Part shown: positions 38,738 to 48,376 of the stretch, one piece after another
Layout of the letters: every line of letters starts with the position of its first letter
Numbering within the stretch: position 1 is the stretch's first letter
Source: Staphylococcus phage LY01
Strand: one strand, 5' to 3'
Sequence record: OR836606.1
DNA: 64,000 nt
Notes under the pieces: model-generated
The model's input: only the letters and a program-made list of their open reading frames with translations
Database searches by the model: none
What the model was told of the DNA's origin: nothing
Position numbers and translations under genes: made by a program

Positions 38738-39379
38738 ACCTGCTTTATTTGCACTCTCACTGTTAGTCGGAGGTGAAACTGTTTTAATAGTATTGTTATT
38801 ACTAGCTAATTGAAATTCGTTGATCTTATCTCTATCATTTTTATCTCCAAAATTAGCTAATACATATTCAGGTAAACATTTCTCTTTAAATAAGTTTTTA
38901 AGACGTTTTAAGTTCTCAGTTGTATCTGAATAAGATTTGTGTGTAAATAACATTGTATAGTTACTACCTACTAATAACATTATCCATGAATAATAACATA
39001 CTGCTGAATATGTTTTATAGTGCTGACGTGGAAGCATTATAGCTGTATCTAAATTGTGTAACATACAAAATGTCATCGCCATATTACCTCTATGAAGTTC
39101 ATACATAACCTTACCGCCAGGAACAGGAACTCTTATAACTTCCCTTAAATAAAACCATATATTAATTTTAGCTTCCCTTAATACACGGGTTTTCATTTCA
39201 TCAGAAAGTTCAGGATCCCAAGGATCTACTCCTACAAGATTTTTATCATATAGAGTTAATGGAATCCCATAATTTCTGACGTTGTTCTTCTTAAGATCCC
39301 TAGCCACTCTTAAAAAACTAACATTATTAGTTTTATAATCGTAATAAACTTTTTTCTTTAATTTTGGTTTAATTGTCAT
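38738..39379 (-). CDS. terL: terminase large subunit, exon 1 of 6 (214 aa; ATPase N-terminal part with deviant Walker A LPRQHYKTYS)
   Basis: T4 gp17-like deviant Walker A (SRQLGKT-type). The stop TAA at 38735-38737 is the first 3 nt of intron 1. Confidence 0.75.
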
Positions 39380-39398
39380 ATTTATTTCAACTCACTTT

Positions 39399-40562
39399 CT
39401 ATACATTTAATCTATCTGATTTTTTAATTAATGTTTGAATATCAGAAAGTTGTTGTTTTAATTCATTTTTAACTTCTTTATCATTATTAGGGTTACTTAT
39501 TTCAAATTTTAATGTTTTAATAATAGCTTCAATTGAATCCGTTGGATAGTCTCTATAGTCTCTAATAAACAATCTACTTGGATATAATAATTTCCTAACA
39601 ATTTTACCTAATAAAGTTTTACCTTTTTTATTTTCAGATTTAGTTCTAAATGATTTGTATATGATATCATAAAAATTTATAATTTCAGTAGAATAACCGT
39701 ATAACGTAGGTAACTGATTAGCCGATCTTTCTGAAAGGTTGTAGTTCATTTTACCCACTCTTTCATTATCTAAAAGATTTAAAGTTACATTAGCTATAAA
39801 AGAACTGCCTAACACCAGTGGTAATACTCCTGTCAATGAAGTTAATCCAGCAACTAAAACTGTCATAGCTATAATCATAGGACCTGCGAATTTTAAATTT
39901 CTAGTTGTATCAGATTCAATGTCCTTAGTATACTGAAATTGAACTGGCTTGTTATCTTTATATTTTAATTCAAAAGCGGGTTCTTTTCCTTGGCTTAATA
40001 CTTTAATTTCGATAGGTAAAAATAGATTATGTCCCATTTCATGCAATAATAATGCAGTACACATTCTTTCATTAAAATTACTAAAAGTCACTTCTTTAGA
40101 AGATTTTTTCTTTTCTAAAAAGTATCTTATTGAAGATAACTCAATAAATACCTCAATTTCCCTAGGTTTAGCGTAATGTATACCATTTTTCTCTTCCATA
40201 ACTATTTTTGTTATGCCATCAATAGTATCTCTTATTTGTTCTGGCTTAATTAAAGTATAAGCCACTGATCTTACTCTAAATTTATCTTTACCTTTAGGAT
40301 CAGCTTCAACAAATTTTAATTGCATATTAGCATTAAATAATTTTTTAGTAATTTTAGAAATATTATTAGCTATTTTATTTATTTCATGTTTATCAATTAA
40401 ATCAAATTCAGATTTATCGAAATTATAGCTATCTAATAAAGTTTTAAATTCTTCATCTATTTCTCTAAGTAATGAAGTATTTTTACTGAAATTAAAAGCA
40501 TCTTCATTAATATTCATTATTTTATTAATTTTATTCAATTGGCATTCTTTTCGTAAATCCAT
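39399..40562 (-). CDS. putative membrane-associated Zn metallopeptidase (HExxH; 387 aa), paralog A
   Basis: LLHEMGHNLFLP motif. Predicted TM segment (FAGPMIIAMTVLVAGLTSLTGVLPLVLG). Strong similarity to the adjacent ORF. Confidence 0.5.
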   Translation of the reverse strand: MDLRKECQLNKINKIMNINEDAFNFSKNTSLLREIDEEFKTLLDSYNFDKSEFDLIDKHEINKIANNISKITKKLFNANMQLKFVEADPKGKDKFRVRSVAYTLIKPEQIRDTIDGITKIVMEEKNGIHYAKPREIEVFIELSSIRYFLEKKKSSKEVTFSNFNERMCTALLLHEMGHNLFLPIEIKVLSQGKEPAFELKYKDNKPVQFQYTKDIESDTTRNLKFAGPMIIAMTVLVAGLTSLTGVLPLVLGSSFIANVTLNLLDNERVGKMNYNLSERSANQLPTLYGYSTEIINFYDIIYKSFRTKSENKKGKTLLGKIVRKLLYPSRLFIRDYRDYPTDSIEAIIKTLKFEISNPNNDKEVKNELKQQLSDIQTLIKKSDRLNV

Positions 40563-40589
40563 AATTAAATAATAATCTCCCTTCTTTAT

Positions 40590-41696
40590 TTATATATCAG
40601 GTGTTAACCTATCAGACATTTTTATTAATTTCTGAATGTCACTAATAGTTTTCTTTATTTCTTCTTTAGTTTTAGCATCATTATTACTATTAGATAATTC
40701 TTTTTGTAATATTTTCACATTACTCTCTATTATATCTGTTTCCCAATCTTTATAATCTCTTATAAAAAGGTTGAAAGGATATAATAATTTATTTTTAATT
40801 TTATTAATTTTACTGTTGTTATATATTGGTGGTTTACTACCTTCTAATTTATCTATCTCTCTAACTATTATTGTAGTTTTAGTTAATTCTCTAGCATAAC
40901 CATATAAATTAGGAAGATAATCTGCAGTTCTTTCAGTTAAATTATAATCTTTATTATTTTTATTTTTCTTTATATTTCTGTTTAAAAAAACAGTTGTAAC
41001 CATTCCACTTCCGATACCTATAGGTGCATTAACAATACTTAAAAAGATAAAGAATAAAGTCATAGCAGATATCATAGGTATAGCAAATTTTTTATTTCTT
41101 TTTTCATCTTCTTCAATATCTTTTGAGTAAGAAAACATTTGAGGTGGATTATCTTTATATTTCAATTCAAATTTAGGAGTTTTTCCTTTATTAAGTACAT
41201 TTAATTCTAAAGGTAAAATTAAATTATGTCCTATTTCATGAAGTAAGACTGAAGTTAATAAACTTCCATCAAATAGATTGTCTATTATTTTATTTTTACC
41301 TTTTAATAAAATACAGTATCTTATAAAGTTTAACTCCATATCAACTATTATTTTAGTCGGTTTAGCATAATATATCCCATTTTTTTCTTCAGAGACTATT
41401 TTTAATAATCCCAATGCTATATCTTTTGCTTGTTTTTCATTCCATCTTGTTTGACCTATGAAATTACATGAATAATATTTAGAATCATTCAATTCTAAGA
41501 AATTAAATCTCAAATCAGTGTTAAATAATTCATTACATATTTTCTCTATTTCTTTTTCTTTATTTTTAAAATTAAAGTCAATAAATTCTTCTTTATTAAG
41601 ATCATATGAATTTATTAATTCATTAAATACATTATCAATTAATTTTAGCTTATTCTTATTTTTACTATTAATAAACATATCTTCGTTAAGAAGCAA
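40590..41696 (-). CDS. putative membrane-associated Zn metallopeptidase (HExxH; 368 aa), paralog B
   Basis: LLHEIGHNLILP motif and TM segment. Shares EKNGI(H/Y)YAKP, NFIRY, LTER(S/T)A..LP.LYGY and the C-terminal SDIQ.LIK.SDRL with 39399-40562. Confidence 0.5.
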   Translation of the reverse strand: MLLNEDMFINSKNKNKLKLIDNVFNELINSYDLNKEEFIDFNFKNKEKEIEKICNELFNTDLRFNFLELNDSKYYSCNFIGQTRWNEKQAKDIALGLLKIVSEEKNGIYYAKPTKIIVDMELNFIRYCILLKGKNKIIDNLFDGSLLTSVLLHEIGHNLILPLELNVLNKGKTPKFELKYKDNPPQMFSYSKDIEEDEKRNKKFAIPMISAMTLFFIFLSIVNAPIGIGSGMVTTVFLNRNIKKNKNNKDYNLTERTADYLPNLYGYARELTKTTIIVREIDKLEGSKPPIYNNSKINKIKNKLLYPFNLFIRDYKDWETDIIESNVKILQKELSNSNNDAKTKEEIKKTISDIQKLIKMSDRLTPDI

Positions 41697-41730
41697 GTTC
41701 TCTCACACCTTTTTCTTTTTATAAAATAAA

Positions 41731-41758
41731 CCCATACATTCACTAAGGAATGTATGGG
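41731..41758 (-). terminator. rho-independent terminator (minus strand)
   Basis: CCCATACATTC ... GAATGTATGGG stem followed by a U-rich tract on the minus strand. Confidence 0.5.
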
Positions 41759-41789
41759 TAATATAAATAACAAAAATAAAGTATTACTC

Positions 41790-43394
41790 TTATCGAGCGT
41801 ATACTGAACCGTTGTTGTTTTTGATTGTAATACGTCCAATGATCGGAACGAATGATTCAACTGTATATCTACGAGTCATCATCATGTTAGGAACATTAGG
41901 GTTACGAGTATTTAAGTAACCTCCACCATTTACAACATTGAATGTGTAAGGGTAGAACATAAATGTTTTATAGTTATCTTGTTGAGGGACAGCAATAATA
42001 GTCAATTCACCTTGACGAACTAAGTCAGAACCGATAATACGGTAGTTAGCAGTACCTGAAGCAGCACCTAATGAATAGTTAATTTTGATTCCGTTAGAAT
42101 ACGCATCAGCGTTACGGTCTCCACCATTGAAAGTCCAAGAAACGTTAGGAATTAAACGAACGTCTAATGGGTTACCAACGATAACGAATTGAACATCATA
42201 TAATTTATAATCATTTTTCATTGATTGAGTAGTGTGGTCGATTACTTCACGTAAACCTTCTAACCAATCTTTAGGATGTGCGCTGTAATCACTATGTGGG
42301 AATACATCGAAGCTGAAATGATATTTAGCATCAGTTTCTTTATATTCACGATCTAAGAATTCAATAATGTCTAAGTCAACTTTTTGACTAGATAATTGAG
42401 ACATAGTTTCTGATAAACGAGCAACGCCATCGATATCATAAGTAGCTTTCATATCTTGAATTACTTCAAGAGGTACTGTAGCTTCGATGTGTTGAGCTGT
42501 ATCAATAACAACATCTTTACGAGTTAATCCAAGTTCAACGTTTGTAGCTGAAGTATGTTGTTCTGAAGCTACATAACCTTTGACTTTAACATCAGTTAAT
42601 TTACCTGAAGCAGAAGTCAAAGTAAGTTCACCTGAAGAAACATCCACTTTACCTAAGATAGTGTCAGTTTCAACTTCACCATCACCATTTGTAGGATATT
42701 TAATTTGTCCTACTAATGTGTCATTGTCTTGTAATTTAACTACGTTAGAACCTAATTCAACGAATCCAGCTTCAGAAGTACGTTCATCATATGAATCGCT
42801 CCATTTAGCTTCAACGATTTTGAATTTACGATCTAAACGGTCAATACCTTTACGAACTTCTTTACCTTCTTTTAATCCAGTAAATAAATCGTAGTCAGTA
42901 ATTTTTCCACCGTCAACTTGGATATCTTCTTTAATTTGAACTAATCCAACTAGAGTTTCAGGAGTGTTGTTAATTGATTCTGGTAAAGCATGTCGGTTAC
43001 CATCTGCATCTACAACATATGGAGTTAAGATTGGAACTGTAAAGTTTGGTTTATTAGCAACTTGAGTTGGTAGAGCTTCAGTTAAAGCTAAACGAGCCCA
43101 TAGTTTAACTAAAATAGGCATAGAAAGTGAAGCGTAAGGTTGGATAGGACCCATTGAAGATTCCATTAAGATTTCTTCACGAGTATTGTCTAACATTCCA
43201 GCTAAAGCTTCTCCTTCAGCAGCGTCAAAACCTTCTAATAATTGATCTTTATAACTTTCAAATACTGCATCATCAGTAGCAATAGCAGCGAAATCTCCGC
43301 CGATAGTACTAAGATTATATGATTCATTAATAGAATTTTCAATATCTTCTAAACGAATCGAAAATTCATCTTTAATTCTGTTTGGGTTTAACAT
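41790..43394 (-). CDS. major virion protein, putative major capsid protein (534 aa)
   Basis: Large, highly expressed-looking ORF with strong terminator, adjacent to an acidic scaffold-like ORF and the head-region gene. No diagnostic motif, so the assignment is positional. Confidence 0.35.
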   Translation of the reverse strand: MLNPNRIKDEFSIRLEDIENSINESYNLSTIGGDFAAIATDDAVFESYKDQLLEGFDAAEGEALAGMLDNTREEILMESSMGPIQPYASLSMPILVKLWARLALTEALPTQVANKPNFTVPILTPYVVDADGNRHALPESINNTPETLVGLVQIKEDIQVDGGKITDYDLFTGLKEGKEVRKGIDRLDRKFKIVEAKWSDSYDERTSEAGFVELGSNVVKLQDNDTLVGQIKYPTNGDGEVETDTILGKVDVSSGELTLTSASGKLTDVKVKGYVASEQHTSATNVELGLTRKDVVIDTAQHIEATVPLEVIQDMKATYDIDGVARLSETMSQLSSQKVDLDIIEFLDREYKETDAKYHFSFDVFPHSDYSAHPKDWLEGLREVIDHTTQSMKNDYKLYDVQFVIVGNPLDVRLIPNVSWTFNGGDRNADAYSNGIKINYSLGAASGTANYRIIGSDLVRQGELTIIAVPQQDNYKTFMFYPYTFNVVNGGGYLNTRNPNVPNMMMTRRYTVESFVPIIGRITIKNNNGSVYAR

Positions 43395-43581
43395 AAATTT
43401 TTTCTGCTCCTTTTCTTAAATATATTAGCGTGTAGTTTATATTTATTAATTTTATTATATAAATTTGTTTATAAAAAATAATCATTATTTGTAATGAAAT
43501 ATTTCTTTTTATATGTTAATGTTATTAATGTTATTAATTTTATAAATATTAACAAAAAAGAATAAAATCTGAAATATAAAA

Positions 43582-44190
43582 CTATTTGCTTTTTTTGTCT
43601 TTATTCAATTTATTATATTCTTTTAAATAAATATTGAAGATTTCATTATAAGTATTTTCAAACTTCTTATAAAGTTTTTTACATTTATCAGCATCAATAT
43701 TATTTATAAATTTATTGTTAAATAAATTAATACTGTCAATTAAACTGTCTAAGTTATTTGAAGTTTGTATTGTAATTTCATTCATTTTTTCTTTTTCATT
43801 TTTATCAAATAATTTCATATTTTTTTCATTTATAATATCTTTAAATTTTAATGAAACAGATATCAAATCATTTAGTTTATTAAATATTTGTAATTTTAGA
43901 TATTTATCAGAATTAGTTTCTTTAGGTTCATTATTTTCTTCTTCAGATTGATCATCTTCATTATTGTTATCTTGACTATCTTCTTCGGTTTCTGTATTTT
44001 CTTCTGAAGATTCTTCATTATCACTATTGGCATCTTCAGAACTTGTATCATCTGTATTAGTATCTGGAGAATCATTATTAGTTTCATCATCTTCAGCTTC
44101 ATTAAGAATATTATTACCATTTAATAATTTTTTAATTGATTCAGATAAAAGATCTCTATTATTAATAGTCATATGATGACCCACTATCAT
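43582..44190 (-). CDS. highly acidic protein (202 aa), scaffold/internal-head-protein-like
   Basis: Long D/E/S/N-rich tract (DDETNNDSPDTNTDDTSSEDANSDNEESSEENTETEEDSQDNNNEDDQSEEENNE). Confidence 0.4.
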   Translation of the reverse strand: MIVGHHMTINNRDLLSESIKKLLNGNNILNEAEDDETNNDSPDTNTDDTSSEDANSDNEESSEENTETEEDSQDNNNEDDQSEEENNEPKETNSDKYLKLQIFNKLNDLISVSLKFKDIINEKNMKLFDKNEKEKMNEITIQTSNNLDSLIDSINLFNNKFINNIDADKCKKLYKKFENTYNEIFNIYLKEYNKLNKDKKSK

Positions 44191-45181
44191 TTACATCTCC
44201 ACGAGAAATCGCATTCTTAGTTTTTTCAATAGATTTCTTTTGGAAATTAGCTTTCTTAAGTTGAACTTCTAAATCTGATTTTAATATTCTTAATTCTTTT
44301 CTTTTTTCTTCATCATCAGTTGAATCAATTCTGTTTTCTAAAGTTTGAATTCTTTCTTCTAATACAATGATAAGTCTATTAAGTTCATTACCTTTAGTTG
44401 CATTATAAACAATTACAGTCAATAAACCTATTAAAGCCGTTTTAGCTTTACCAATACCTGCTGAACTAATTTTTAAACCAATACAGAATAAAATTCCAGT
44501 TAATAGAGCTCTTACGAATCTAATACGATTAGCTTTAGCTAATTGTTTATCATTCATATTTTTAGAAGAAGCTGTTGCTTTTTTAACAGAGCTAATTAAT
44601 TTATTTAAATTTTTTTCAGCAACTTTGGGGTCTTTAGAAGTTTCAAAACTACTATCAAGACCATCAAGATAATCTTCATCATCGTCATCATCATAAGCTT
44701 CATTAAGATAATTCATATTACCCTCCATTAAGAAGTTAATAACAGCTTTTCTTTCTAATTTAGAATCAGCAGGGCTTTCAGCTAGTGCTACAGTCAATTG
44801 TTTAAAATTAAATTCTGTATTAATATTAGAACTAAAATCTTCTTTATATAAACTATCTATGTATCCGTTATTTGGGACACGTTTATTAATATAAAGAGTG
44901 TTATATTTATCTTTTAAAAATTCTATTTTATGAAGAACCATATTAACTGCCATTTCAGACTGTTCATTTTCAATTTCAAATCTTTCTAACGAATCTTTTA
45001 AAGTAACAAGATATTTAACAGATTTTCTAACTTGATCGCTTGTAAAAGAATCCACATCTGCATACTTTTCAATGTCAATTAATTTATCATATAAATCAAC
45101 AGGAAAAGAATCATTATCTGTTTGTTCTATGAAATATTTTAAATCACTTTCTACTTCATTGAAATTCTTCAAGTATTTCAC
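44162..45181 (-). CDS. hypothetical protein with coiled coil and C-terminal hydrophobic segment (339 aa)
   Basis: ORF overlapping the start of 43582-44190 by 29 nt. Confidence 0.4.
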   Translation of the reverse strand: MKYLKNFNEVESDLKYFIEQTDNDSFPVDLYDKLIDIEKYADVDSFTSDQVRKSVKYLVTLKDSLERFEIENEQSEMAVNMVLHKIEFLKDKYNTLYINKRVPNNGYIDSLYKEDFSSNINTEFNFKQLTVALAESPADSKLERKAVINFLMEGNMNYLNEAYDDDDDEDYLDGLDSSFETSKDPKVAEKNLNKLISSVKKATASSKNMNDKQLAKANRIRFVRALLTGILFCIGLKISSAGIGKAKTALIGLLTVIVYNATKGNELNRLIIVLEERIQTLENRIDSTDDEEKRKELRILKSDLEVQLKKANFQKKSIEKTKNAISRGDVNDSGSSYDY

Positions 45182-45283
45182 ATCCTATTCATATTTTCAT
45201 TAAGGTTAATATTCTATTGTTAAAATTGCTTATCAAACATTTAAATATTCTAAATTTAATATATGAAAGGAAGTTAAATAAAT

Positions 45284-45506
45284 ATGTCTAAAGATATAAA
45301 AGCTTATCTTATTAATGAATCTAACACAACTTCTCAACCAGAAGTAGTTCAAGATAATAATAAATCGGTTAGATTCATTGCTGAGTTACAAGAAGCTGAT
45401 AGACAAAACCGTAATGGTCGTGTTTATCGTAAAGATGTTATTCAAAGTGGTTTAGATAGTCCAGTAATACAAGAAAAATTAGCAAGAAAAACTTTTTATG
45501 GTGAGT
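45284..45506 (+). CDS. head-region hypothetical protein, exon 1 of 4
   Basis: Ends ...KTFYGE. Exon end GUGAGU(U) pairs with intron IGS GGCUCAC (terminal U.G). Confidence 0.6.
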
Positions 45507-45660
45507 TTTAGGTTAAATGGCTCACATTAAATTATATTAATTGCTGGAAAAGATTATTATCTTAATCAGCATCAACTTAATACAAGTTGTTCAACGACTA
45601 AATATATAGCCTAGATGATATAGTCTAACCTTTATTAAAATGATAAAGAATAATAATTTG
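45507..45660 (+). ncRNA. miniature group I intron 1 (~154 nt, boundaries +/-3 nt)
   Basis: IGS GGCUCAC, P AAUUGCUGGAAAAG, P5 GAUUA/UAAUC, Q AAUCAGCAUC, P6 AACUU/AAGUU, R GUUCAACGACUAAAUA, S GAUAUAGUCU, P9 CUUUAU/AUAAAG, tail AAUAAUAAUUUG. Confidence 0.7.
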
Positions 45661-45920
45661 CAGGACATCCTTTAAGTGATGAACCTAAACGACAAATGTA
45701 TATTGATCAACGTAATATTTCTCATATCGTTACTAGAACATGGTGGAATGGTAATAAATTAATGGCAGAAGTAGAAACGGCACAAACAGCAGCTGGTAAA
45801 GATATGAAAGGTTTAATCGGACAAAAGTCTGACGTATCTTTCTCAATGCGTGGTTTCAGTAAAATTAATAGAACACCTTCTGGCGAAGTTGAAGTTACTA
45901 AACCTTTAAGATTAATCTGT
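45661..45920 (+). CDS. head-region hypothetical protein, exon 2 of 4 (..SGHPLSDEPKRQMYIDQ...PLRLIC)
   Basis: Frame open from 45657 upstream of the annotated ATG. Ends at the complete codon TGT. P1 of the next intron is CUGUU/AGCAG. Confidence 0.6.
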
Positions 45921-46101
45921 TAAATTGTAGCAGCTTTATATAGAAATATATATTGAAAAAGAATATTAATTGCTAAGAAGTTTAATTAAGCCAATTAGCA
46001 TCAACTTAATACAAGTTGTTCAACGACTAAATATATTTACTCTTAATAAGAGTATGATATAGTCTAATCTTAATAGTAAGATCTATTAAGTTAATATAAT
46101 G
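45921..46101 (+). ncRNA. miniature group I intron 2 (~181 nt)
   Basis: P AAUUGCUAAGAAG with compensatory Q AAUUAGCAUC (P4 covariation relative to the other copies). R GUUCAACGACUAAAUA, S GAUAUAGUCU, P9 CUUAAUAG/CUAUUAAG, tail UUAAUAUAAUG. Confidence 0.65.
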
Positions 46102-46121
46102 TACGATAAAATAAACCTTGT
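46102..46121 (+). CDS. head-region hypothetical protein, micro-exon 3 of 4 (~20 nt; only frame YDKINLV is open)
   Basis: Segment between omega-G of intron 2 (46101) and the predicted 5' splice site of intron 3 (UUGU|, IGS GCAA 10 nt downstream). Alternative lengths of 18 or 24 nt are possible. Confidence 0.4.
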
Positions 46122-46293
46122 CGCTTCTTAAAGCAATTTAAGAATGATAAAACTATTAATTGCTAAAATCTTTTATTAAAGTAATTAGCATCAACTTAAT
46201 AAAAGTTGTTCAAAGACTAAATATAGTTTATCCTTTTATAGGATAATGATATAGTCTGATCTATATTATACTAATATAGATAACATAAATGTG
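46122..46293 (+). ncRNA. miniature group I intron 3 (~172 nt, boundaries uncertain by a few nt)
   Basis: P AAUUGCUAAAAUC, Q AAUUAGCAUC, R GUUCAAAGACUAAAUA, S GAUAUAGUCU, P9 CUAUAUUA/UAAUAUAG, tail AUAACAUAAAUG(UG). Confidence 0.6.
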
Positions 46294-46645
46294 GGTAGTA
46301 ATTCCATCTCATCAAGATTCTTACATTCAAAATATTATTTCAGAAGGACACAATAATTATAATCCTAATGATTTACAAATGGTAAATGAATCAATTGATA
46401 TGTTCACTAATGGTAAAATTACTGAATTTTCTCCTAGAGAAGTTTTAACTTATATTAAAGAAAATTCAGATAATGTAAAATACATTGCTGAAGATATGGG
46501 GTTTGCTGGAGTTGATGAATCTAATATCAGTTATGATAAAGGATCTCAATTAGCTTCAATTAGAGAAAGTAATAAAACTATTAAAGTTTTCTTAGAAGAA
46601 TCTGTTCTTAATGGACTTGATGATTTCTATAGAAACTTTAAATAA
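46294..46645 (+). CDS. head-region hypothetical protein, exon 4 of 4
   Basis: Frame of annotated ORF 46289-46645. The annotated ATG at 46289 is predicted to lie within the intron 3' tail. Confidence 0.55.
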
Positions 46646-46669
46646 TATGTATGGATGTGATTAAAGGTT

Positions 46670-47383
46670 ATGTTAACCAATACAGAAATACTTAATTATA
46701 TTGAACGTGATGTAGGTTTCATGTTCACTGATTTAGAATTAAAACCTGATGATATTATTAAAACAGTGGAAAGATTCACTATTCCTACATTTAGTAAATT
46801 TCATCCTAAACAAGAAAGAGTAATTGTAAAACCAGAAGATAAAGTAGAAGGTACTACAAATATATATTATATTGATTCTGAAAATCCTATAGTTAATATT
46901 AATAGAGTAATTGGAGCTAATAATCCTATTACTAATTTAACAGGGTATGCAGGTAACATGAGCTCTTATGCAGGATTTGCTATGGGTAACCCAATTGATG
47001 GACAAATGATGTCTGATTTAATGGCGATCAATTTATCTCCATCTACTTTTAGATATCATCATCCTAATAAAATAGAAATATTGAATTCTGCTGTAATCGG
47101 TTCAGTTAATTTACTAATTGTTCTAAATACTTATCATGATAAACATTTTGGTTCTATACCAAATAATATGCATGATTATTTCTTAGAATTAGCTTCTTAT
47201 GATGTTCAAATATCATTATATGCTATGAGAAGTAGATTCCAGAACTTACAAACTACTTTTGGAGAGTTAAATCTTAATATGGATGATTTACGTGAAGCAA
47301 AAGATAAACGTAAAGAATTAGTAGAAAAGATGGAAAATTATTCTATATTTAATAGTAACAGAAAGAAATTATATTTCGGTTAA
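46670..47383 (+). CDS. hypothetical protein (237 aa)
   Basis: ORF with RBS. Strong terminator downstream. Confidence 0.5.
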   Translation: MLTNTEILNYIERDVGFMFTDLELKPDDIIKTVERFTIPTFSKFHPKQERVIVKPEDKVEGTTNIYYIDSENPIVNINRVIGANNPITNLTGYAGNMSSYAGFAMGNPIDGQMMSDLMAINLSPSTFRYHHPNKIEILNSAVIGSVNLLIVLNTYHDKHFGSIPNNMHDYFLELASYDVQISLYAMRSRFQNLQTTFGELNLNMDDLREAKDKRKELVEKMENYSIFNSNRKKLYFG

Positions 47384-47390
47384 TAAAATA

Positions 47391-47425
47391 CCCCAATACC
47401 ATTTTTCTATGGTATTGGGGATTTA
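47391..47425 (+). terminator. rho-independent terminator
   Basis: CCCCAATACCAT ... ATGGTATTGGGG stem followed by ATTTATTTTTTAT. Confidence 0.6.
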
Positions 47426-47752
47426 TTTTTTATTTATATAAGGAGTAAATCATAAATAAAGATTAAAATAGAAATTTAATCATTAAGCGAGCAATTTTTT
47501 ATTATAAAAACTTAATACGCTAATATATTGTAAGTTATTTATAAATTTGACATGGCAGTTTGTCCAATAAAGCTTATAAGCTTTATCAAATTAGCTAAAA
47601 AAATTATAAATAGCAAAGTTTTATACTATACGAAGTTAATAGCAAAATGACTTTGAAATCAGAGCACAAACATAAGACAAAACAAAAGGTAAAACAATAT
47701 AGAAATCTAAATTTCTATATTTATATTGTTAGTAACAAAATATAAATAAATT

Positions 47753-48376
47753 TTATTTCATTACATTATAAATATTAAATTGATTTTTTAATCGCTGTTT
47801 ATCAAATCTATTCATAGGTTTAGTTTCAAAACGATTTTCATCAAGATGATCGAGATAATCATCTCTATAAATTTCATCTAACAATTTTATCTCATGAAAA
47901 CTTAATCTATGTCTTTTACATAAAGGTACTAGTAATTTATCTGCTAAATGTTTAAACATACGCGTATCAGGGTTATATAAATTAAAATCATCAGCTATAG
48001 CTATTAAAAGACTATTCCTATACTTCTGAGGTATAATTCCTTTATCTGCTAATTCTTGAAGATAATAACTAGGTTTATAATCAGATAATCCTTCCATAAC
48101 AGCGTAATCTTTATCTATCAATTCTACATAATAGTGCATAGGTAATGCTCTAATATTAGCATGTCTAATTAGATAATTCTGAACTTTACCCCAAGAATAT
48201 TTATAAGATCCTTTAAGTAAATCTCTATCACTAAATTTATTTTCCTTAAGTATTAAATTATTCATATGAGTAATTATTACATGTGTTTGAAAAGTATTAC
48301 TTCTTCTTCGTCTATCTTGTTTAATTTCATAATACATTTTTTTAGTAACCTCGTTTCTAACAATAACTAATTGCAT
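47753..48376 (-). CDS. hypothetical protein (207 aa)
   Basis: ORF overlapping the upstream gene's end by 20 nt. Confidence 0.45.
   Translation of the reverse strand: MQLVIVRNEVTKKMYYEIKQDRRRRSNTFQTHVIITHMNNLILKENKFSDRDLLKGSYKYSWGKVQNYLIRHANIRALPMHYYVELIDKDYAVMEGLSDYKPSYYLQELADKGIIPQKYRNSLLIAIADDFNLYNPDTRMFKHLADKLLVPLCKRHRLSFHEIKLLDEIYRDDYLDHLDENRFETKPMNRFDKQRLKNQFNIYNVMK

Noticed and set aside
45512-46288. Inteins or programmed translational bypass (T4 gene 60-like) as the explanation for the interrupted genes
   Set aside because: The inserts are out of frame with stops (not inteins), far longer than bypass gaps, and have explicit ribozyme core motifs.
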